NCBI GenBank assembly: GCA_021733835.1
Contig: JAIPKD010000006.1
Coordinates: forward strand, 211 to 64,210
DNA: 64,000 bases
Source of the DNA: Verrucomicrobiota bacterium
GTDB taxonomy: Bacteria > Verrucomicrobiota > Verrucomicrobiia > Limisphaerales > JAIPKD01
Direction of reading: 5' to 3'
Shown here: positions 49,238 to 56,632 of the stretch, piece after piece
Layout: the number at the start of each line of letters is the position of its first letter
Position numbering within the stretch: the stretch's first letter is position 1
Translations under genes and position numbers: made by a program
The notes under the pieces: generated by a model
What the model saw: the letters and a program-made list of their open reading frames with translations, nothing else
The model's database searches: none
What the model was told of the DNA's origin: nothing

Positions 49238-49506
49238 ATTTGCTTTTTTATCGTGAGGTCTAGTAACAAATTGCGATAATCCGTAAAATATCGTGCGTGA
49301 TCAATCTTCGGAACGCGACTGTGCTGAAAGCCGGTCGCGGCTGTCTGAAGAAGACGTTGGCCCCGGTAATCGAATGAAGCCGTGGCATTCGCAGCTGCTG
49401 CGGCTGATCCTGCGGACACAGCCGCGCTCCGACGGATTCAACGCGACTGTGCGTATCAAGGACAGTTTATTCTGATAAATGTCGCTATTTATTAGCTTTT
49501 TAAGCA
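49238..49506. repeat. Copy C of the repeat family: the only copy with all modules (5' leader, 5', central and 3')
   Basis: 49268-49436 aligns with copies A and B. 49364-49506 aligns with copy D. The leader 49238-49265 matches 52073-52100 at 25/28 positions. Confidence 0.85.
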
Positions 49507-49514
49507 AATAAGCG

Positions 49515-51758
49515 CTAGTACCTTTCCCCTATCGTCTGCGCCCTAATCACCCTGTAAAACGCAGCGGAACTTTGCGTGTTCGTGTCCGAAATATTCGCCA
49601 CAGATCCGTCTCCCCAAATGGATTCAAGCAAATACCACGATCCTTCATTCAGAGTGGACGATTTCAGCACCTGGTAATTTTCGCCGGAGTCGGTCTGAAC
49701 ACCAAAGCCGAAGGTGCCCGTCGCTGAATCAAAGCTGGGCGGAACAGCGATTTCAGGATCCGGCAGCGGATCACCTGAATCAAAGTATGTAAAATCAATG
49801 TTATTGGCTACCGCACCTGCAGAAATAACAACGGTTGATGCTGTATTGGAATTGGCATTCGCATACCACTGCTCATCAACATCATTATATAACAAGCGCA
49901 GCTTATAACTGCCCGGCGGAATACTCGGAAGCGTGTAGTCGAACGTGAACTCACTGATCATTCGTGAGAAAAGCAGGCTACCTCCTGAAGCATCGTAAAA
50001 TTCCATCGTACCGTTGACTCCATGCATAGAATCAGCACCAAACACAGCGACGTGTCCGTTGATTAATCCCGTAGAAGGATTATTTACAACGGTAAGCAGC
50101 GTCCCGTCACCGGCTACGCCGTTCGTCGTTGTAGCCGAACTCTGGAACAAGTATTTCCCGGGTTTCGTATTTTCAGATATGGTGAACTCATACGTGTGCT
50201 GCGAGTTGTCGCCATTCCACCAGCTGTCATGCGTCTCCAGTCCCAGATCGCTCACGCTATAGGAGTAATAGGTCATCGGATCGCTGGCCAGACAGACCAG
50301 CATGTTTGTGGAATTCGGATCATTGCTCATTATCGGGTCCATGAAGTGATGAGAAAGAATAGACGGTGAAGCCGGAATGGACGACGATACGCTGAAATTG
50401 GTAGCTGTTCCGTCAGGCAGAACGGCCTGAAGTACTGCACTTCCTGTGGCATGCGGCAGAACGTAGAGACTTCCCCACAAAGACGGTTCCTGAAACACAT
50501 TAATTTGTGCCGGTGCCGAACTGCTCCAGACCGGTTTTGGAAGATCGTCGGTGATGTCATTTCCCAAGGTATCCATAATCTGCAATGAAGCCGTTACCGG
50601 ATCCTGAGAAGTAAACGTCGTCCCGTCCACATCCAGCGTACAGCTAGCAACTTCACGAACATCCACCTGAAAAGAAACCTCTCTCGGAGGCAGGCTGGTT
50701 TCGACGGCACTGATCACGACCGTATGAATCCCGGTACTCATTCCGGTTGTATCGAAATAGAGCACCGATCCGCCCTCCGTCATCATAGGGTTCCTGCTGA
50801 AAGTCGCCGTGGGATAGCCGGGCACACTCATCGTAACGCCGTTGGTTGGTGTAAACCCGTTTTCAAATATCGCAAAAACATCCACTTCGATCTGCTGTCC
50901 TGCAATTACTACGGGAGATTTAGATTGGGCTTCCACAAAAAAGTGCGGGCTGGAAACCGACAGTTCCCGTCTGCGGAGCGTCATCGTACCGTCCACTTCC
51001 ACACTGAGCATTCCGCCATTAGAAACTGAGTCAACCAGCACGGTGACGGCTGTCTCCGTCCATGTCTGAACGGTTACACCATTGGTCTTTCCATCAACAT
51101 ATACCGTATCCGCTTCGCTTCCGAAATTGCTGCCATTGACTGTAACCGTTTCGCCGTAGGCGACCGATGGCGGTGAAATAGACTGCAAAACCGGGATCGG
51201 TCCGGCAACCAGTCCTTCCGAAGACGTCAGCGAAGCAGAATCAACAAGCACCCCGTAATCACCGGATGTTAATAAAATCTGAAATCCCACAAGCCGGTCT
51301 GCATCAGCGGGAAACAAATATGAATCGCTAAATGTTGCAAAACTTCCATCCGGAACAAGGGCATTATCAGGACTCAGCACTGTAACCGTTTCCCGGTCGC
51401 CGGCCAACGTCATATACTCCAACTCTACAGCGGCAACGCTACCCGGGAGCAGCCCGCCCCAGTCGGGTCCGGCGACATCCAGACTGACCTGCACCGTTTT
51501 GTTTGCCACGCCTTCCACATTCAGGGGCTGACTGACAATTACACCGCGATAATCCATTACCGGCGGATCCAGACTGATAGCTCCGGATACATGATCATAA
51601 GGAATCCATGACTCCAAAGCGGGATCCACGCTCCAATACTCAAGTACAGAATCGAATTCGCCGTCTGTGAGCAACTCATCGGCCAGTGCTCCGCTCCATC
51701 CTGCAGAAAAAAGAACCCCGACCGCCACAATACACTTAAACATTTTACACATATTCAT
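49515..51758 (-). CDS. Secreted IPT/TIG (Ig-like) repeat surface protein, hypothetical function
   Basis: Signal peptide. IPT/TIG-like segment (PVLQSISPPSVAYGETVTVNGSNFG). Long beta-rich Thr/Ser/Val-rich sequence. Confidence 0.65.
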   Translation of the reverse strand: MNMCKMFKCIVAVGVLFSAGWSGALADELLTDGEFDSVLEYWSVDPALESWIPYDHVSGAISLDPPVMDYRGVIVSQPLNVEGVANKTVQVSLDVAGPDWGGLLPGSVAAVELEYMTLAGDRETVTVLSPDNALVPDGSFATFSDSYLFPADADRLVGFQILLTSGDYGVLVDSASLTSSEGLVAGPIPVLQSISPPSVAYGETVTVNGSNFGSEADTVYVDGKTNGVTVQTWTETAVTVLVDSVSNGGMLSVEVDGTMTLRRRELSVSSPHFFVEAQSKSPVVIAGQQIEVDVFAIFENGFTPTNGVTMSVPGYPTATFSRNPMMTEGGSVLYFDTTGMSTGIHTVVISAVETSLPPREVSFQVDVREVASCTLDVDGTTFTSQDPVTASLQIMDTLGNDITDDLPKPVWSSSAPAQINVFQEPSLWGSLYVLPHATGSAVLQAVLPDGTATNFSVSSSIPASPSILSHHFMDPIMSNDPNSTNMLVCLASDPMTYYSYSVSDLGLETHDSWWNGDNSQHTYEFTISENTKPGKYLFQSSATTTNGVAGDGTLLTVVNNPSTGLINGHVAVFGADSMHGVNGTMEFYDASGGSLLFSRMISEFTFDYTLPSIPPGSYKLRLLYNDVDEQWYANANSNTASTVVISAGAVANNIDFTYFDSGDPLPDPEIAVPPSFDSATGTFGFGVQTDSGENYQVLKSSTLNEGSWYLLESIWGDGSVANISDTNTQSSAAFYRVIRAQTIGERY

Positions 51759-51882
51759 AATTTCTCTTACCAGCTAAAAAATAAAGTCACATTTTACATC
51801 ATTCCGCAATTTTCAGCGATAAAGGTCAGATCGCCCTAGCCGGTATCCCAGATATGCAACCCGCCGTCCACTCCGATAGAGT

Positions 51883-52053
51883 TCAAGGAAACATTTGGCG
51901 TGAATCCTTCGCCGGCTTAGGAATATGCAACATGGATGTGCTGGTTACACGGTCGCCATAAGATCCGGGAATCAACCCATTACTCAATCCGTCAAACGTC
52001 AGAACCGTTGCCTGCGCCGTCCCCGCCAACAACCCCAAAAGCCCCGCGACCAT
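51883..52053 (-). pseudogene. Possible 5' remnant of a secreted-protein gene (signal peptide plus about 35 aa)
   Basis: MVAGLLGLLAGTAQATVLTFDGLSNGLIPGSYG resembles the N-termini of exported/PEP-CTERM-type proteins, but the frame stops after 56 codons. It sits within a scrambled region. Confidence 0.3.
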
Positions 52054-52072
52054 TCGCTTCTTAAAGGTAGAA

Positions 52073-52100
52073 ATTTGATTTTTTATCGTGAGGCCTAGAA
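52073..52100. repeat. Isolated copy of the repeat-family 5' leader
   Basis: atttgattttttatcgtgaggcctagaa versus atttgcttttttatcgtgaggtctagta at 49238-49265 (25/28 identical). Confidence 0.7.
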
Positions 52101-52305
52101 TAGTACGCTGAAGGACTGGGGCAAGCAAAATGTGCCGGAAAATGAATGGCCGAGAATCCTCGGCCTGACCGCCGGCGAGGGAGCGCGGCACGTGTTTTTT
52201 GACCCTTGTGGAAACAAAGCCCGTCACCATAAGCCCCGCGCGGATTTTTTGAATCCATAAGGACGCCCCGGTTTACCACCTCCTTGAATGCGTTTCAGAC
52301 GGCTG

Positions 52306-52435
52306 TCACTTCCACCCGTAGTAACGAATCAGATGCTCGCCGGGATCGGGGATGTGCTGAGTGACTTCGGCCAAAAAATCGAGCGGATCGAGCACTTGAA
52401 AGTTGCGCTTCGGCCCGGCCAGAAGATACTCCCTG
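52306..52435 (-). mobile_element. IS91-family (Y2/rolling-circle) transposase gene fragment, degenerate
   Basis: The minus-strand translation ..AAREYLLAGPKRNFQVLDPLDFLAEVTQHIPDPGEHLIRYYGWK* matches the conserved IS91-type block (LDxLEFLAxxxxHIPxxGxxxxRYYGxYSN). It is truncated at both ends. Confidence 0.65.
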
Positions 52436-52548
52436 GCCGCTTCGGGGAATCGACACATCCGGTTGTTATCCTTGTTGGGTTAAACGGCGAGTGTGAACGC
52501 TTCCGGGCAAGGGTTGGTGTTGACGATGAGACGGAGGGCGGGGGCGAT
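52430..52548 (+). pseudogene. NPCBM-domain fragment, a degenerate duplicate of part of the GH27 gene
   Basis: STHPVVILVGLNGECERFRARVGVDDETEGGG parallels GTHASGVILVELNGECERFRAKVGVDDETDGKG. The nucleotide match covers 52461-52540 versus 47461-47540. Confidence 0.75.
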
Positions 52549-53949
52549 TCATTTTGATTGCAATTGTTTTATCAGCATTTCATGTAGACCGCCGAAACCG
52601 CCGTTGCTGAGTATGCAGACGATGTCGCCCGGCCTGGTTGAATTCAAGAGCCGGTGTGCGATTGATTCCGTTGTGGGCAGGTGGAAGGCGGAGACGCGGG
52701 ATTTAACGAGATCATCGATAATTTGCTGTGGATCGAGGCGTTCGGATGCCTGTAATTGGTCGATACGATTTACTTGAGCGATTATTACGGCATCGGCGAG
52801 GCTGAGCGCGGCGGTCAGTTCTTTTTGGAATATATTCCTGCGTGTCGTATTCGAGCGTGGTTCGAATACGGCCCATATCCTGCGTCCGGGGAACCGCGTT
52901 TTCAGTGCCTCGAGGGTTTGTCTTACGGCGGTCGGGTGGTGCGCGAAGTCATCGATGATACCGACGCCGCCGAAGATGCCGCGGTCTTCCATCCTGCGTT
53001 TGACGCCTTTGAATGTAGCGAACGCGGATTGTATTTGATGGTGGTCGAGGCCTGCATGATATGCGCAAATAGCGGCGGCCGCGGCGTTTTGAATGTTAAA
53101 GGCGCCGTTTAGGGGGACGGAATAAGCGTCGCCGTTGAGTTTGAAATTCGAGTGTGTTTCGGAGGCTTGAATACCGGTTATCGCGTACTCCGCGTCTTTG
53201 GTGAGGCTGAAGCCTGTCGTCCGGCACGGCGCCGTGTCGAGCAGGCCGGAAATGTTCGGTGAGTCGCCGTTTGTAATGAGCAATGCGTTCCGGGGTATGA
53301 TATTGATGAATTGTCGGAAAGACTTACGAACGGCATCGAGGTCTTCGAAGATATCCGCGTGGTCGAATTCGATATTATTGATTATAGCGATTTCGGGGAT
53401 GTAATGAATGAACTTGCTGCGTTTATCGAAGAAGGCCGAATCGTATTCGTCGCCTTCGATAACGAACCAATCGCTTGGGGTGAAGGCGACGCCTTTGTCG
53501 AAGTTACGCGGGATTCCGCCTATTAGGAATCCGGGGTTTAGTCCGTTATGTTCAAGCGTCCATGCAATGAGTGAGGCGGTGGTGGTTTTGCCGTGGGTGC
53601 CCGTGACGACGATCGCTTTTTTATCGCGCAGGAAAAACTCTTTAATCAACTCGGGCAGTGAGAGGAAAGGGAGTTTATTATCGAGGATATATTCAACTTC
53701 CGGGTTGCCCCTTGAGACGGCATTGCCGATAACGACGAGACCAGGCCGTGGTTCCAGGTTATTTTCGGAGAACCCGTTGGTTGCCGCAATTCCGTTTTGT
53801 GCCAGGAATGTGGACATCGGCGGATACGTGTTCAGGTCGGAGCCTGAGATGGTGTATCCGCGGTTTTTCAATTCCACCGCCGCGGCGGCCATGGCCGTGC
53901 CGCTGATGCCGATGAAATGAATGGAGCGAATATCACTCTGACCGTTCAT
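52549..53949 (-). CDS. mpl: UDP-N-acetylmuramate:L-alanyl-gamma-D-glutamyl-meso-diaminopimelate ligase (murein peptide ligase)
   Basis: IHFIGISGTAM..GSDLNTYPPMSTFL..VIGNAVSRGNPEVE..VTGTHGKTTTASLIAWTLE..GDEYDSAFFDKRSKFIHY..FDHADIF..DDFAHHPTA..SNGGFGG is collinear with E. coli Mpl. The start is placed at MNGQSD (ATGA overlap with the upstream stop). Confidence 0.9.
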   Translation of the reverse strand: MNGQSDIRSIHFIGISGTAMAAAAVELKNRGYTISGSDLNTYPPMSTFLAQNGIAATNGFSENNLEPRPGLVVIGNAVSRGNPEVEYILDNKLPFLSLPELIKEFFLRDKKAIVVTGTHGKTTTASLIAWTLEHNGLNPGFLIGGIPRNFDKGVAFTPSDWFVIEGDEYDSAFFDKRSKFIHYIPEIAIINNIEFDHADIFEDLDAVRKSFRQFINIIPRNALLITNGDSPNISGLLDTAPCRTTGFSLTKDAEYAITGIQASETHSNFKLNGDAYSVPLNGAFNIQNAAAAAICAYHAGLDHHQIQSAFATFKGVKRRMEDRGIFGGVGIIDDFAHHPTAVRQTLEALKTRFPGRRIWAVFEPRSNTTRRNIFQKELTAALSLADAVIIAQVNRIDQLQASERLDPQQIIDDLVKSRVSAFHLPTTESIAHRLLNSTRPGDIVCILSNGGFGGLHEMLIKQLQSK

Positions 53950-54338
53950 TCTTCCTCGGCGCTGATGTTCTTGCAGCATTGCCGGAAGTAGTCGGTTACG
54001 TTGCTGATGAAAATCTCGAGGGCCTTCTCCGGGTTGGGCGCTTCGAAGTCTTCGAATTCATCGGAAATCTCCCAGGTGCGTTCGACCATGATCTCCTCGT
54101 CGAATTCATCGCGGCAAGGTCTTTCCTCGTCGTGGGAAATTAATGCGTCTTGCATGTGACAAAATTCGCGTTCCCACATACGGCACCTGAATTGTGACGG
54201 TGTTTCCGTATTTTGGAAAAGCTCGATCCTGACAGGGAAGAAATGGTTACAGATAGTTAGATCGAATTCGATTGTTTCGATCAGTCTGAAAATGTCACTT
54301 TCGATGATCGGTAGGTCGATTTTCATAATTTGGTACAT
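53946..54338 (-). CDS. Acidic hypothetical protein (130 aa)
   Basis: ORF between gatB and mpl on the same strand. The start at MYQIMKID avoids overlapping gatB. Asp/Glu-rich with several Cys. No recognisable family. Confidence 0.5.
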   Translation of the reverse strand: MYQIMKIDLPIIESDIFRLIETIEFDLTICNHFFPVRIELFQNTETPSQFRCRMWEREFCHMQDALISHDEERPCRDEFDEEIMVERTWEISDEFEDFEAPNPEKALEIFISNVTDYFRQCCKNISAEEE

Positions 54339-54348
54339 TTTGATGTGT

Positions 54349-55773
54349 TTACTCGTTGAGTTTTTTCTCGAGCGTTTCTCCGACAATGGCCGGATTCGCC
54401 TTTCCTTTTGTGATTCGCATGACCTGGCCTTTGAGGAAGTTGAGCGCCGCGGATTTGCCGGACTTAAAATCATTGGCTGATTTGGGGTTTGCGGCGATTA
54501 CTTCGTCACAGATTTTATCGATTGTGGCGGTGTCACTGACCTGTGCAAGGCCTTTTTCGTCGACAATTGCGGCCGGCGATTTTCCGGTATTAAACATATC
54601 GATAAAAACGGTTTGGGCGATTTTGGAGCTGATTTTACCTGTTTCGACTAAATCTACAAGCTCAAGAACGGAATTCGGCGGGAATTCGAGTTCATCGATC
54701 GTTTTGCAGGACTCGGACATAAGCGCACGAAGATTGTTAATGATCCAGTTTGCGACGGATTTGGGATTCTTTGCATCCTTGACGATGCTTTCGAAATACC
54801 GGGCCAGCGGTATATCGTGAACAAAGGCCTCAGCGTCGGCGGCTGGAAGCTTGTATTCCTTCATAAGACGTTGTTTCTTATGAAGCGGGAGTTCGACCAT
54901 CCTTGATCTGACTTCTTCTATCCATTCTTCCGACGGCACAAAGGGCATAAGGTCGGGTTCGGGAAAATACCGATAATCATGGGCATATTCCTTCGTGCGC
55001 ATGGACTCGGTTTCACCCGATAAATCGTCCCAGCGCCGCGTTTCCTGTACCAGTTTGCCGCCGCTTTGCAGTACGCTTATTTGACGTTGGATTTCGTATT
55101 CCAGGGCGCGTTTAATCCCGCTGAAGGTGTTCATGTTTTTTATCTCGATTTTTTCGCCCAGCGCCGGTTCGCCTTTTGGCCTGACGCTGATGTTGACGTC
55201 GCAACGTACCATCCCCTTTTCCATGTCACAGTCGCTGACGCCGCCGTAGACCATTATTTCCTTCAGCGCGTTCAGGTAGTCATATGCCATTTGTGCGGAT
55301 CGGATATCGGCTTCGGATACGATCTCCAGCAGCGGTACGCCGGCGCGGTTGAAATCGATGCCGCTGGTGCCTTCAAAATGGAAGTTTTTGCCGACATCTT
55401 CTTCGAGGTGTGCGCGATTTATGCGGACACGCGCGACAACGCCGCCGGTTTCGAAATCCACGTATCCGCCGAGGTTTGATGGGCGGTCGTATTGTGTGAT
55501 CTGATAATTCTTGGGCATGTCCGGATAAAAATAGTTTTTTCGGTCGAACTTGGCCGAAGGGGCGATCGCGCAATTAAGAAGGAGGCCGGCCAGCGCCGTT
55601 TGTCGCATGGCTTCTTCGTTGGCGACGGGGAGAACGCCCGGCATGCCGAGACAAACAGGGCACACAAGTGTATTGGGCGGTTCGCCGAACTTATTGCCGC
55701 AGCCGCACCACATCTTGGTTTTGGTTTTCAACTGAACATGCGTTTCCAGTCCTATGACCGCTTCGTATTCCAT
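54349..55773 (-). CDS. gatB: Asp-tRNA(Asn)/Glu-tRNA(Gln) amidotransferase subunit B
   Basis: MEYEAVIGLETHVQL.TKTKMWCGC..NT..CPVCLGMPG.LPV..FDRKNYFYPD.PK.YQI.Q is the canonical GatB N-terminus, with a C-terminal YqeY-like tail. Confidence 0.95.
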   Translation of the reverse strand: MEYEAVIGLETHVQLKTKTKMWCGCGNKFGEPPNTLVCPVCLGMPGVLPVANEEAMRQTALAGLLLNCAIAPSAKFDRKNYFYPDMPKNYQITQYDRPSNLGGYVDFETGGVVARVRINRAHLEEDVGKNFHFEGTSGIDFNRAGVPLLEIVSEADIRSAQMAYDYLNALKEIMVYGGVSDCDMEKGMVRCDVNISVRPKGEPALGEKIEIKNMNTFSGIKRALEYEIQRQISVLQSGGKLVQETRRWDDLSGETESMRTKEYAHDYRYFPEPDLMPFVPSEEWIEEVRSRMVELPLHKKQRLMKEYKLPAADAEAFVHDIPLARYFESIVKDAKNPKSVANWIINNLRALMSESCKTIDELEFPPNSVLELVDLVETGKISSKIAQTVFIDMFNTGKSPAAIVDEKGLAQVSDTATIDKICDEVIAANPKSANDFKSGKSAALNFLKGQVMRITKGKANPAIVGETLEKKLNE

Positions 55774-55811
55774 AATTACGGATTAAATTAAAGAATGATG
55801 AAATTGAACAC

Positions 55812-55839
55812 AAAAAAACGGCGCTTCCTTGCCGTTTTT
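55812..55839. terminator. Bidirectional terminator-like hairpin (A-tract, stem-loop, T-tract)
   Basis: aaaaaaacggc-gcttcctt-gccgttttt has a 5-bp GC-rich stem flanked by A7 and T5. It lies upstream of gatB in an AT-rich spacer. Confidence 0.4.
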
Positions 55840-56036
55840 CGTGAATAACTGCCGTAAGAGCCGAAATTCTCATTTTGACGAAAATTGATGCAGAAATATC
55901 AATGTGCCCAAGCTAGATAAATGAATCAAAACGAACAGAATAGCGGAATTTTCGATAATTAAGTTTTGGTTCTTTACTGTATATCGAAAAAATGCCGATC
56001 GAAGTGGGGCTTTTTAAGGAGGAAAAATGAATGTGC

Positions 56037-56204
56037 ATTCGAAAAAGACCGAAACTTCGGTCCGTTATGTCAATTTCAATGTACACGGTGCGACATCATC
56101 CGGTGCGCCCGAAGGCCTAATACAAATTTTGAATGACAGAAATTCAAGGTTGGATGAGCGCGGAACAGTCGAGAGCCGATTCAACCGAACTTAATGATTC
56201 AAAG
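56037..56204 (+). CDS. Candidate small ORF (55 aa) with a strong Shine-Dalgarno sequence
   Basis: AAGGAGG at 56027-56033 lies 3 nt upstream of the ATG. It encodes MNVHSKKTETSVRYVNFNVHGATSSGAPEGLIQILNDRNSRLDERGTVESRFNRT. It falls below the ORF-track length cutoff and has no recognisable family. Confidence 0.3.
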
Positions 56205-56632
56205 GAAAGATTTGATGATCCTTGGAATCAATAACGCCATACCACTTCGATGGCTATAAAAGGATTCAATTTTGTAAAGGTCGATCGATACGATAAATAA
56301 TGCCGCTATAAATTTCTAAAATTCTTGGAATAAGCAACTTAGTCGATTGCTCGTGGAAGCGGAGGCGTGCGCTCAGATAAAATTCCGTTGTAAATACCGG
56401 TTTTTCTGTGTGTTTCCCGGGAATGCGGTCGGATGAAAATGGGATCAAATGTCGAGAAATATGTTAGTATATGAGTGACCCTTCGGGTAGTCTTGCGGCG
56501 TTGCGCTGAAAAATGAGTATATCATCGCAAAAAAAATTAATGGTTAACTAATAAAATTGCTTGCACTGATCTGATTGAGAGTTAAAATTATTGGAAACTG
56601 GAAATAAATATTAACTCAACACAATAAAAGCT

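Noticed and set aside
52288-52557. 89-aa plus-strand ORF between the IPT/TIG gene and mpl.
   Set aside because: It is a chimeric read-through. Its first half is the antisense of an IS91-type transposase fragment, and its second half is a degenerate NPCBM fragment. It is not a plausible functional gene.
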